Shown here one piece after another: positions 38,596 to 50,128 of a stretch of DNA of 64,000 nucleotides. The notes below the pieces were generated by a model. The model saw only the letters and a program-made list of their open reading frames with translations, was not told the origin of the DNA and did no database searches. Made by a program: the position numbers and the translations under genes. Every line of letters begins with the position of its first letter. Within the stretch, counting starts at the first letter, position 1. Source of the stretch: Okamejei kenojei (Eukaryota); assembly GCA_035221665.1 (NCBI GenBank), contig CM069151.1:33914001-33978000 (forward strand), given 5' to 3'.

Positions 38596-38961
38596 GCATG
38601 AAAGTTAGGGAATTAATCTTGAATTGTATTTGTTTGGTGGACAGGCACATCATTGGTGTTACAGACTAAAACTCACTTTCCGCCATCTCGTCAACACTCC
38701 AAATGCAGATCCTACATACACTTGGCAAGCCACAAACTAGTGTTTCTGGGCTGGGATTTTAATTGGTTAGTCACTCTTTTTGCAGATCTTTTCGAATGCT
38801 TTCCTTGAGGTCCTATTTTATTTGACTGTGTTAGCCCATTCACATGTGCCCATCTGTCTCCCCCTGCCTTGTGTCTCTGTCTCATGAAGGATTATTATTG
38901 TCATGCTGAATGAATGCTTCACTGTTGGGTTCTAACCCAAGGCCTGGTTTGTAATTCGCAG

Positions 38962-39210
38962 ATAGTAAGGCTATTGTGGATGGGAACCTGAAGCTTATCT
39001 TGGGACTGATCTGGACCCTTATCCTCCATTACTCCATCTCCATGCCTATGTGGGAGGATGAGGACGATGAAGACGTTAAGAAGCAGACTCCCAAGCAGAG
39101 ATTGTTGGGATGGATCCAGAACAAGATCCCACAGCTGCCTATCACCAACTTTCACCGGGATTGGCAGGATGGCAAGGCACTGGGTGCATTGGTGGACAAC
39201 TGTGCACCAG
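38962..39210 (+). CDS. FLNC: Filamin-C exon 2
   Basis: GCAG|AT; [30 protein letters not shown]; G|GTAAGA; 249 nt. Confidence 0.95.
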
Positions 39211-39956
39211 GTAAGAGCTCGGCAGTGAGGGAGAGTGCAGTGGGATAAATGAGAGGGGAAGGGGAAGGATTGGGTTTAAACCTGAGTGAATTGCTGCAAG
39301 GTTTGTTTTGAGTGGAGGGGTAGTTGTATTACATGTTTGAGGTAGCTTCCAAAATTGACAGTATCAATTGGGCCATGGGGTTATCAGATGTGTAGCTGCA
39401 CAGGGGGTCACTATTTCCAGAATGAACCAGTTGATGAAGGTGACCCTCACCGTCTGTGTGATGGTAGCAGTGCTGTAATCGTGGTGCTGGTTGAGGAGGG
39501 GGGGCACACCAAGACTTTGCAAAGCACAGGGGTGGATTTGAAAATGCTGAGTTGGCAATGTTGGAAATGCTTAACAGAGCTGTATACAATTAAAGCTAAA
39601 CAGAACCAGATGTGAGCAGGGCTGGCACCATCTCAGCTCCTGCTACATGATTAGGCATGAACAGGAGCATGGGTGCTGATTCAGCGTGCACTCGGTAGTT
39701 GAGGGGCGCGATTGCTGATCAATGAATCTACAAATGATCGACTTCAATAAAAGCTCACTGTTAACTGCAGCTTCCAAGTTTCCGGTCCAAAGTTATTCTG
39801 CATTAGAGATCCTGAGCAATTATAAAGCTACCCAGAGCTAAGCTGAGCAAATGCTTTTGTAGATTTGTTTTGTTTGCGTGGGTTTTCTCCCTGCCTGATG
39901 CAGGGATTCCATACTTCATTGTCCCTTTGTTTATAAGGTGTTCATTGTGCCCACAG

Positions 39957-40054
39957 GTCTGTGCCCTGACTGGCAGGAATGGGACCCGAATCAACCCGTG
40001 GGGAATGCCCGTGAGGCCATGCAACAAGCTGATGATTGGCTGGGAGTTCCTCAG
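39957..40054 (+). CDS. FLNC: Filamin-C exon 3
   Basis: CCACAG|; [33 protein letters not shown]; |GTGGGT; 98 nt. Confidence 0.93.
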
Positions 40055-40304
40055 GTGGGTGTCTCCATTGTCATCCCCCATTGTTTGCATAGATACAACA
40101 GAATCTGGTGAAATAATGTCCTTGGAATCTCTCCCTCTTCTCAATCAACGCTAGGCTCCTCTGTGCGCGAGCTCTTGGAATCCCGACCTCGCTGATGCTT
40201 ACTCCGATCCTCACATTTCTCCTCGTCCTTGCTTATCCATGCGTGTCTGTCACATTTAACCCTTTCCCAGCGCTCACCCCTGACCTCCTTTGTCCACTCT
40301 GCAG

Positions 40305-40452
40305 GTGATTGCCCCTGAGGAGATTGTGGACCCCAACGTTGATGAGCACTCGGTGATGACCTACCTCTCCCAGTTCCCAAAGGCGAAGCTCAAGCCTGGT
40401 GCTCCGCTCAGGACAAAACTCAACCCCAAGAAAGCTCGAGCTTATGGGCCAG
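40305..40452 (+). CDS. FLNC: Filamin-C exon 4
   Basis: TGCAG|; [36 protein letters not shown]; |GTAAGG; 148 nt. Confidence 0.95.
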
Positions 40453-40744
40453 GTAAGGACAATCCCTTCATGTTTTGCCCAAAACTTGGCCCACTGACTA
40501 TCCAGTAAATATTATTCAGTACGTATCATGTTTCCAAACATAAGATGTGGTCTTAGTCTGAGAATACCCTCTTTAACCTAGAATAAGGGATAGTTTTCTG
40601 TCCATTGTCTGTCCAATCAGCTAGGTTAAGGAGCAACAGTTGATGATAGTTCTGTGGAAGCTCTTTGACCTGGGGTAATATTTACTGGTGTGTCAGCTTG
40701 ACCATGGCCTTAAACCTGGTTTGAAGGATGATGAGACATACAGT

Positions 40745-40835
40745 CATACAAGAAGGGTTACGACTTGAAACGTCACCCATCCTTCTTCTCCAGAGATGCT
40801 GCCTGACCTGCTGAGTTACTCCAACACTTTGTGAA
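40745..40835 (+). mobile_element. Penelope-derived short repeat (hammerhead core partly decayed)
   Basis: AAGAAGGGTTACGACTTGAAACGTCACC..GATGCTGCCTGACCTGCTGAGTTACTCCAAC. Confidence 0.6.
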
Positions 40836-40917
40836 TATCTTGAGGGATGATGATGTCCTTTGACCTGGTAGCAAAGTTATTGTGATATATTTAAATGTCC
40901 CTTGTGTTTGCTTCTAG

Positions 40918-41036
40918 GTATCGAACCACAGGGTAATGTAGTCCTAAAGCCAGCGGAGTTCACAGTCGAGACTATCAATGCTGGTCTTGGAGAGGTCCTG
41001 GTCTTTGTGGAGGATCCTGAAGGCCACACTGAAGAG
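40918..41036 (+). CDS. FLNC: Filamin-C exon 5
   Basis: CTTCTAG|; [27 protein letters not shown]; |GTACTC; 119 nt. Confidence 0.93.
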
Positions 41037-41109
41037 GTACTCGGTGTGTGGGAATGGGCCATGCTTTCTTTGTTATTAGTTCCAGCATGTAAATATTGTT
41101 TAGAAGATC

Positions 41110-41680
41110 ATCAATTAATGTGCATCTCTACTTGTGGCACACTTATTATTGGTACATGTACCAAGGTAGAGAAATCCAAGGAATCCAATCTGAGAAAGTG
41201 GTGTCCAAGCAAATCATACCGGACATCAGGTAGTGAAAAAGAGCAGAATACAGTGTGGTAGCTACATAGAAAGTACAGGTTTAAAACATGCATGGGTTGC
41301 AGTGATGTGGATTGGAAAGTCTGGAATTTATCCCGAGCACATGGGAGGCCAATTCAAGTGGCCCTCCCATGTGATCACAGTGGGGAAGAAGCTGTTCATG
41401 AATTTGCAGTTGTAACTCTCTGCAGTTTCTTGTGGGCTTGGCAAATCAGTTGCCATAATCCCGATACAATATTTTCTATGGTGTCTTTGTAGAAATTGAT
41501 GAGTCATTCGGGGGTTGCTGAATTTCCTTATTCTTCTGAGTAAGTCGAGGTTTTGGTGTGCTTTCCTATCCATACCATTCATGTGGTTGGACTAGGATAG
41601 ATTGCTGGTGATATTTACACCTAGAACCTGAACCTGGATCTCCACTTGAGCACCATTGATACAGACTGGTGTGTTCCAAA
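41110..41680 (-). mobile_element. Decayed Rex1/Babar LINE fragment
   Basis: RKAHQNLDLLRRIRKF and FMNSFFPT motifs (ORF 41328-41582). Confidence 0.65.
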
Positions 41681-41820
41681 GGGAGCAAGTATCATTGGGT
41701 TAGAATTATTATGTATGCACTTCTTGTGTGAGCTGAATCTTCTGTTGCCTGTGTTGTTCAATGGGCTGCTGTGGGAGTAACCAGTTGCAGTATAATGACC
41801 ATTTTGTTTTCTTTGTATAG

Positions 41821-41898
41821 GCACGTGTGACTGCAAACAATGACAAGAACCGCACATACTCTGTTTCCTACATACCCAAAGTTGCTGGCCTTCATAAG
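41821..41898 (+). CDS. FLNC: Filamin-C exon 6
   Basis: TGTATAG|; ARVTANNDKNRTYSVSYIPKVAGLHK; |GTAAGT; 78 nt. Confidence 0.93.
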
Positions 41899-42592
41899 GT
41901 AAGTCTTTGATCATTCCAAAGACTTCAGTTCATTCAGAATGAGCTTTGGCTCCATCTTCACAGGTCTCATCATTTTGCACTGTGTGTAAAATGCACCATT
42001 CGTAGGTTTGCTTGTGCATTGACCTGTAGATCTGGTATTCCTTCCATGTTTTCATCACCAAATAGGGCTGTGTGGGAACCACATGTCAGAATCTATTTGG
42101 TGAAATGAGCACTGCGATTGACCCCACCCTTTGTCATGGGATCCTAAGGAAATAGTTCTGTTGCTCGAATGGTTGATCTGCATCTCATTGCTGGTCCCTG
42201 TTCTTAAATTATAACTGGGGATGGGAAACTATCAATCTTGTCTTTGAAGATCTATTTTTGCACCCAGAATCCAAATGTTTTTGTTTTGGGGTTTGCTGGC
42301 AGGGTTTGCAGGTTTGTTTCCACATTTCCTCTTCCCACCAAATTGGAGGAAATGGTTTCCAAATACCTCGCTGACTTCCTGAATGATCACAAGCTCTATC
42401 AGATAGCCACTTAATCTTCCAAACCTGACAACACAACCACTCAAGTCGGATTGCAGTCACTGATTTGTGCATGCATGAAATGGTGCACATGGCTGTGGAG
42501 AATTTGAAGTTTTTGGGGGGCGATTGGAGCCACTGGTACACAGCAGTCAATTTTTTTTGCTTTAATACTGTTACCTTTGTGCTTGCTTCCAG

Positions 42593-42755
42593 GTAACAGT
42601 TTTATTTGCTGGACAGCAAATTGACAAAAGCCCTTTCAAAGTCCAGATTGGTATGGCTCTGGGTGATGCCAACAAGGTGACTGCTCAAGGTCCTGGTCTG
42701 GAGCTGAATGGGAATGTGGCCAACAAGCCAACGTACTTTGACATTTACACGGCAG
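42593..42755 (+). CDS. FLNC: Filamin-C exon 7
   Basis: TTCCAG|; [27 protein letters not shown]; |GTGAGG; 163 nt. Confidence 0.93.
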
Positions 42756-43303
42756 GTGAGGTACAAAGTGATGTGTGGATCTCCACTGGAAATCCAGTGA
42801 TGAAGTGAGAGGAAAGAGGGGTTTGTAGCTTAGGAGAGGTGTGGTGGCTATCTTTGGAATTTCTCAGACAACATTTGAAGTTTTTAATCAGAATGAAGAC
42901 AAAGTCAATGAAATGACATTTGAAATCTGAAAGTAAATTAAAAAACAACTTTTTGGAATAAATGTCCTCTGTCAGAATTGAAAAGTGATGTTGCAAACAA
43001 AGAGAACTCTGGCCCAGTTCTTGGATCTGTACTTCTCTTCTAAAGCCTCCCTTAATTCTGCAGAGATCTGTACTGTTTCACCAGGCTGTTGTGTTCTTGT
43101 GTTTAGTATCCCCTTTGTGATGAAAAAGTTGAGGCTGGAGAGGGGTTGTGTTGAGTGACCAGATGTATCTAGGCACCCTCCACTGATTGCACTGCATTTT
43201 AATGTTGACTTGGAGTGAAGGATGAATTCCATCCTCTGTACAGATGGCAGTGTGCTGTTGCTGTCACTGTACTGATGACGGCTCTTTTTTTCCCCCCCCT
43301 CAG

Positions 43304-43504
43304 GTGCTGGGTCAGGAGATGTTGGCGTGGTCATTGTTGATCCCCAGGGACGGCGGGATACGGTGGAGGTGATTCTGGAGGATAAAGGAGACAATGTTCT
43401 CCGCTGCACATACAGACCTCTGCTTGAAGGTCCTCACACCGTCCATGTTACTTTTGCTGGAACACCAATACCCAAAAGCCCCTTCACTGTGAACATCTCT
43501 GAAG
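43304..43504 (+). CDS. FLNC: Filamin-C exon 8
   Basis: CCTCAG|; [33 protein letters not shown]; G|GTAAGG; 201 nt, ends phase 1. Confidence 0.94.
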
Positions 43505-45482
43505 GTAAGGTCCACACACTACATGTGGGCTCTTTGTGTAAGAAGCCTTTGCCTTTCATTCATCCCCTATCCTCTACTCTTTCTCTCCCTAAGAGACGAG
43601 CAAAGGGTGACATATGGGGTAAGAAACCAAAGGAGAGGTTAAGAGATGGGGATGGATTGAAGATAACATAATGCAGGGAGAGTGAAGGAGGGTGAATGTT
43701 TGGGAACGGGGGGAGTGAGAATGATGCTCTGAGGTGAGGCAGGGAGAGTGAGTTTTTGTTGGAGGGGGTTTGTATCCTGGGCATGATGGAGTTTATGAAT
43801 TGTAGGATTTGTGAAAGTAGCGAGAAATCAGGAGCACAGGTGGGCTGTGAGGGAGGATGGGAGCAATTGAAGGCTGACGCTTTGAAAACTGTAATTGGAT
43901 TTGATCCTTGTATTAATGTCAGAAATACCATTAATTGTGTATTCATTATTTCTCTTTTGCGCAAAGATCATCTTTTGAATGGATCGTGTGGGTCTACTCA
44001 ACAACTCTCACAAGCTGTCTGTATATGCACTTGTGTGTTTAAAAAAAAAACCAAAAAAAAACCCCAAAACCTTCATTTCTAAAGCCCCCTTCATAACGCT
44101 GGGTTGCTCAAATGTTTTGCAACGAGTGAAGTCACTATTTCAAAAAGAGTCATGGTCGCCAATTGTGCACATCATAACTAATATCTTTTGTATATGACGC
44201 TGAGGGAGTTAAAATATCAACCAGAATACCTGTTGAGAGCACTGGTTTTCTAACAGTGCTGTCAAATATTTTATATTCTCGGGAATGAGGGTGGCTTCTA
44301 GTATGGAACCTGAAGTTATTATATGACTGGGAATAGGCAGTGTTGTTATCCTGGGCAATGACTCTTCAGTTCAATAATGTTCCATTGGTGATCCGATCCT
44401 GTGGTATCAGTTTTGTCTCTATGGTTAGACCCTAATTGCATGATTCTTCAGCACTGTTACCAAGCCAAATGATTTAAGATCTAGTATTCTGGGGAGGAAT
44501 CTTGCTTCACTATCCATACACATTCAGTTTATAAGGTGTTAATTTCCTAGAATAATTGAGTCATGTCAACATTCATTAAATGATTACGGAGGTGGTGGGG
44601 ACTGGAGTTAAGAATTAATTACTTGTGCCCGGCTGGAGATTTGGCCAAACAGACGTGAAAATGCTTCCATGTCAATTGACTAGCTTCATTTCCAGACATT
44701 ATCTATTAAGCACTTGGCATTTGGGCAAGGTTGAGGACTGCAGAATGAGAGAGCATATGTTTTTATTCTCCAAGAGTTGACCAGTTAACTTGGACTGTTG
44801 TCTTGTCCGATGAAGCCTGCCAAGAACAGCCAACAAATTACTTTAGTGATGAACAGATGCATCTCATTGGGAAGCTGTTATCAATTTACTCGTGTATATT
44901 AAGGAAAATAAAACCGCCTTTGTTTTGCGGAATAGCTTGTCTTTGTGGGCTTTGGCAAGATAGAAGAATCTGACAATCTGGTCGGAGTGGTTGATCTTGC
45001 TCTCTCAAGCTCTCATTTTAAAATTAAACCTTTGCAGATGCTCCCCTGGTTGTGGGGGGACACAAGATTAAGAAAAAGTGATGGTCCTGAAAGTTAGAAA
45101 TGGCTAGTGCGTAGTTGTTGAATTAGCATCCGAAAGGCTGTTTAATAAGGAAAGTTAGGTTTGGGCTGTTTCGCATGGGACAATAGTGAAGCTGCAAGAA
45201 TGCTTGGACCGTGGCTACCTGGAGCTGGGTCCATTGTGTTGGTGGACATTTGGAGGTTGAGGCCATGGTGGTGATTTGAGAGCTAGGGCTGTGCAGGTGT
45301 TGCAGTAAAACTGGGATTGGGTGGCATTTGGACCACTCTGAGAATGGGACTGTTTTGCGGATTTGTCAGCTTGGAGGGAGCTCCATGTTGCCACATCCCA
45401 CTGTACTGCAGGAGAGCCTGGATTTTGCCATTCACACCTTTTAACCTCTCCTTCTCTTCCTCTGTGCTTGGACTGACCTCAG

Positions 45483-45608
45483 GATCCTCCCCTCTGGCCC
45501 AGGCTGCTACACCAGCTCCAATTATGATCGTTCCTCAGTCCATCCACACCCCGCCGGCAGACAAGGCGAAGAAAGCGCCGCCCCCTCCTCCCAAACCCAA
45601 ACGAGCAC
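45483..45608 (+). CDS. FLNC: Putative alternative proline-rich cassette exon of FLNC between exons 8 and 9
   Basis: CT-rich tract then CTCAG|; 126 nt, phase 1 to 1; in frame reads GSSPLAQAATPAPIMIVPQSIHTPPADKAKKAPPPPPKPKRA; donor AC|GTTAGT. Confidence 0.65.
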
Positions 45609-46458
45609 GTTAGTATTGGCCTGGACTGAGGGGCTGCCTCTGCTTGTGTCTGTCCAAGGGGACGCTGGTTGGGCTTGTCTGTATGCGTGGTCGTGATATC
45701 TGTAAACACCGTGTCTGTCCAAGTGGCTGCTTGGGGGATGGTGGTTTTGCTTGCTCTGTGCATGAGGGTACTGGCTCCGAGGCCAGTTCAGGCCCTGGAT
45801 GTCACTGGCTCCAAGTCAGTGCAAGTCCTCTGAGGGTAGAGGGTGGTTAGTGCTGCCTGTTCCTGGTCATTACTAACTTGGTCATCAGCTGTTGTGCTGT
45901 GGTTCTAGGTGGGCACATTGGCTGCCGTGTTCTGCTGAATGGCTCTGCTCCTGCCAGGCCTTGAGTGGAATGGGTTGTAGATTACTGGTTAACTTTGGGT
46001 ATACTTTCCATAATGACTTTTCCTCCCACTGTTTATGGTTGCTCTTTTTGTTTGATGGAGACGAGACGTGATTAAAATCTTGCTCGGTTTGTGCTTTCCT
46101 TTTGCGGACAGGTAGGTGATTTGTCATCTGTACGTGGAGAGGTTGGGCTCTCTCTCTCTCTCTCTCTTTTTTATCCATCACGATGACAATCCTTGCTGAC
46201 TAGTATTACCAGTGTTCTGGGTACTGAGTGGGTGTCTTGATATCCCTCTGAGATTAGTGTGTGTTGTCTGCGGGACGGGATTTGGAGCGCACACGGCTGG
46301 TTTATTCGCTTGCTGAGCCAGCAGGTGGTTTGATTCCTCGTGTATCTGGAATGCTGGTAGATGTGGTTACTGCGATGTGACTGTGGACTGTAGGCTCTGG
46401 GTGGGCATTTTGTGCATTTGATGGGTTGACATTAACCTGACTCGTGTGTTTCTTGCAG

Positions 46459-46596
46459 CATGCAATCCCAATGCGTGTCGAGCCTCGGGGAGAGGCCTGC
46501 AGCCCAAAGGGGTGCGAGTCAAGGAAGTGACCGACTTCAAAGTCTTCACCAAAGGAGCTGGCACGGGGGAACTGAAGGTTGTCATCAAAGGACCCA
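46459..46596 (+). CDS. FLNC: Filamin-C exon 9
   Basis: TTGCAG|; [29 protein letters not shown]; |GTAAGT; 138 nt. Confidence 0.94.
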
Positions 46597-46982
46597 GTAA
46601 GTTGGTTTGTAGGGACTGCGCATCTTAGCAGGCTCTTTGGACATTGGAACTTCAGGGCCATTGTATTGTTTGGTGGAGACGTGCGTATCCTGGCATGTGT
46701 TATGGAAGAAGGTGGTTGGGGGATGAGGGTGTGTGGTAAGTGATGGAATACGTGTTCCCTGTTTTAACGTTGGGTTGATTTCGGAGTCTGCTGTGGACAT
46801 TCTCTTTATTTTGCTCCACACCTCGCCTGTGCATTTTGCTTTTGTCCTTGGATTGTAAGCCGAGTCACTGCCTTGGTGAATGATTTGCATTGCACCAGGG
46901 CTGAGGCAGAAGAATTGGGACACCTGTGGGCAATGCAGCAATTGGCCAAAGCCTCTCACTGGTCTCGTATCTTTCTTTCCAG

Positions 46983-47109
46983 AAGGCACAGATGAACCCG
47001 TGAAGGTTCGTGACATTGGCGAGGGTATCTATGAATGTGAATATCATCCGATGATTGGAGGCAAATATGTGGTGACCATCACCTGGGGCGGTTATGCTAT
47101 TCCAAGAAG
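46983..47109 (+). CDS. FLNC: Filamin-C exon 10
   Basis: TTCCAG|; [21 protein letters not shown]; |GTGAGT; 127 nt. Confidence 0.93.
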
Positions 47110-47431
47110 GTGAGTCATACATAACCAAACATGTGGTTCATTTAATTCGGACATCAAATGAACAGTGCTTCATTTTTGCTTAACGTCTACAGAAAGGCCT
47201 CTCCCCATCCCTGGCTCCATCTCTGTTTGTCTGTCTTTCCTCTGGGACCCTGAGTGAATCTTTCACTTTCAAAGTATTTGACAACACAAATAAATGTTCA
47301 GCATAACACTTGGAGAGATTTCATGTTTGTGTTTTCAGTATAATCTCAGGAATCTTTTGTACTAATGCTAATGCAGTACCAGGAGATGTTGTGTTGGGTG
47401 TGCATTCAACTATCTATGTGTTGCCCTCCAG

Positions 47432-47568
47432 CCCCTTTGAGGTGCAGGTTGGACCTGAAGCTGGTGCCCAGAAGGTGCGAGCCTGGGGACCCGGACTGGA
47501 AACTGGCGTTGTGGGCAAGTCAGCAGATTTTGTAGTGGAGGCCATTGGGACTGAAGTTGGGACTTTAG
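47432..47568 (+). CDS. FLNC: Filamin-C exon 11
   Basis: CTCCAG|; [27 protein letters not shown]; |GTAAGT; 137 nt. Confidence 0.94.
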
Positions 47569-47767
47569 GTAAGTGTTGTTGCTTCCTGAGATACTGGAGA
47601 GGCTTCCCTTTTAAGGTGAACACTGGTTTGAAACCAATGTATTTGCTGCATTTCCTCCCTGTTCAATCCGCATTCAATTGAGTGCAATAATGAGACTTAG
47701 AAATACATCAGGATGAGTTTTCTGTGCCTTGCCTGTCTTGGCATGCATGTCTTGTTTGTGTGAATGT

Positions 47768-48471
47768 ATTTTTTTTAAATTTATTTTTATTAGAAGTAGT
47801 GTACATTACAGTAGTTTAAGCCAAAAATAACATACTACATTTCGTGTACCACATCTTGTTTTAAACTTTAAGAAGAAGAAAAATAGAGAAAGTTAGATAA
47901 GATAGTAAGTGCGTGAAAAAGTGAAAAGGAAGAACGCGTAGAACAGGAGAAAGAGTAAAAAAAACAAAAAAAAAAGGAAAGGGACAAATAGAAAAAATAA
48001 AATATAAGAAAATAAGATAAAAGAGATGTACCTACTTCGTATCTTTGCACACCCCTCACCAGGTCCTGAAACCGTTTATTTTCAAAGTTATGTTGCACCC
48101 TATGCTTGTAATAAGTCGATAAATGGAGACCAAGTCTGATTTGCCTGCTAGGACGAATCTCATATCTTCGAGGTGTAACATTTCGGACATATTTAAAATC
48201 CACATTTTTACCGTTGGTGTGGGAGCGTTTTTCCAGAATTGAAGTATGAGTTTTTTTTGCCATTATTAAGCCAAATTTAAGGAAACTCTTTTGGAACGAA
48301 GTCAGCTCAAAGCCTACTTCCATTGTTCCAAAAATAATCAATTCTGCGTTCGGTTTCAGTTTTATTTTAAATAATTTTGTAAAAATTTCAAAGATTTAAT
48401 TCCAAAGTTTTTGGATTTTTATGCAAAAAACAAAGGAATGTGCTATAATTGCTTCTTGGGATCGACATTTA
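47768..48471 (-). mobile_element. 5'-truncated L1-clade LINE with perfect 14-bp target-site duplication
   Basis: TSD GTTTGTGTGAATGT at 47754-47767 and 48472-48485; T-run (poly-A tail on minus strand) from 47769; minus-strand C..AH.F..C.KI..W C-terminal ORF2 motif. Confidence 0.85.
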
Positions 48472-48581
48472 GTTTGTGTGAATGTCTAATGTCTAGACAT
48501 TCACCTTCAGTTTGTATGAATGTCTAACAGCTTGTGGCCTCTTATCTCTGACAACGATTGGTTGTATCTTTCTTTGTCCAG

Positions 48582-48775
48582 GTTTCTCCATTGAAGGTCC
48601 CTCACAGGCCAAGATCGAGTGTGATGATAAAGGAGACGGGTCGTGTGATGTGAGATACTGGCCCACTGAGCCCGGTGATTATGCAGTGCATGTGATTTGT
48701 GATGATGAAGATATTAAAGATAGTCCTTTCATGGCTCACATCCTGCCGGCAAACAATGAAAGCTTCCCAGAGAAG
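48582..48775 (+). CDS. FLNC: Filamin-C exon 12
   Basis: GTCCAG|; [36 protein letters not shown]; |GTGAGT; 194 nt. Confidence 0.95.
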
Positions 48776-49389
48776 GTGAGTGTAGAGCAAATGTGTGGCA
48801 TGGGCAGAGGCCTGGGGATCGACTGGGTCGGTGGTGTGATTACTCTCTTGAGACTTTGGAATTTGGTACAGGGCGCACGTCTTGAAGTTTACAAACAATT
48901 CCAAAAATGAGTAAGTGAAATATTTTGGAATAATAAATCTCAACCTGTTGGCTGTGGATGAGTGCACACATCCCACAAACATGACCACCATTAAATTCAA
49001 GAGGGAAATTTGCATAAACTAGAATGAGAAGATTGGAGTTGATTAAAATTTTTGCACAAAAAGTGAAGAGAAATTTCTGCCAATCTGGGTGCGTCACGTA
49101 AGAGCATAACCTTAAACCTGGGGATCCTGTGTCCTCTGCCAGTAGTAGATTATAATGCTTCACTCAAGATAACCAACAGGGACTTGTTGTATAGAATTAA
49201 CTGTAGGTTGTGGCTGTGTATCCTTAGTGCTACAATTCCCTGCACTAGCAGTTGTAGGTCCTCAGCTGGGCACTGAATTGTCAAGATGGATACTGTGCTC
49301 AGGACTTAAAGGTGAAAGTTAGAGGTGTTTTCCTTAGTTTGAATACTTATTGTATGTGAATACCACATCTAGCTGAAAAAACCCATGGT

Positions 49390-49560
49390 TGCAAAATACA
49401 AACTGCTGGAGGAACTTGGGGTTAAGCAGCATCCATGAAGACCAAAGGACAGTTAGCATTTAGGATCAAGAACATGCGTCCTGTCAACTATCCACTTCCT
49501 TCCGGATGCTTCCTGATGAGTGTTTTATTTTGCTCCAGATTCCAGCATCTGTAGTCTCTT
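49390..49560. mobile_element. Penelope-type terminal-repeat remnants in inverted arrangement
   Basis: AAACTGCTGGAGGAACT..GCAGCATC (minus-strand copy) followed by GGATGCTTCCTGA..TCCAGATTCCAGCATCTGTAGT (plus-strand copy). Confidence 0.45.
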
Positions 49561-49651
49561 TAACCTTGTGGATTAGTTCCTGTTTTCCTTTTAACATGTT
49601 TTTTGGTGGGTGACGTAACTGTTAATAATGTTTTACCAATCTTGCTCTCAG

Positions 49652-49765
49652 GTAAAGGCTTTTGGCCCGGGTCTGGAACCAACTGGCTGCATTGTGAACA
49701 AACCGGCTGAGTTTACTATTGATGCCCGGGCAGCTGGCAAGGGTGAACTCAAGATCTATGCACAG
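49652..49765 (+). CDS. FLNC: Filamin-C exon 13
   Basis: CTCTCAG|; [30 protein letters not shown]; |GTAATG; 114 nt. Confidence 0.94.
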
Positions 49766-49984
49766 GTAATGACGTGAAGTCTTGGTGAATGGCAGTGGGG
49801 GTCAGGGAGGTGGGCAAAGATGTGGGAGTGGGCTTGCTGATCAATATCTACAAACTGAAGCAGGTGTCAGCAAGTTGGAGAAGTAGTGGGAATTTTCTAT
49901 TTGAAAAGGTTTCATGAGATTTTACTCGAGTGTTTTAGGATTCTCAGCAATAGCTCGCCCTGATTTCTGTTTGTTTCTCTCAAG

Positions 49985-50128
49985 GATGCAGAGGGCGTTC
50001 CTATCGACATCCAGATCAAAGATAACCGGGACAACACATTCTTCTGCGTGTATGTGCCACAGAAGCCCATCAAACACACGATCATCATCAGCTGGGGCTC
50101 GGTCAATGTCCCGAACAGTCCCTTCAGA
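49985..50128 (+). CDS. FLNC: Filamin-C exon 14
   Basis: CTCTCAAG|; [30 protein letters not shown]; |GTAAGT; 144 nt. Confidence 0.93.
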
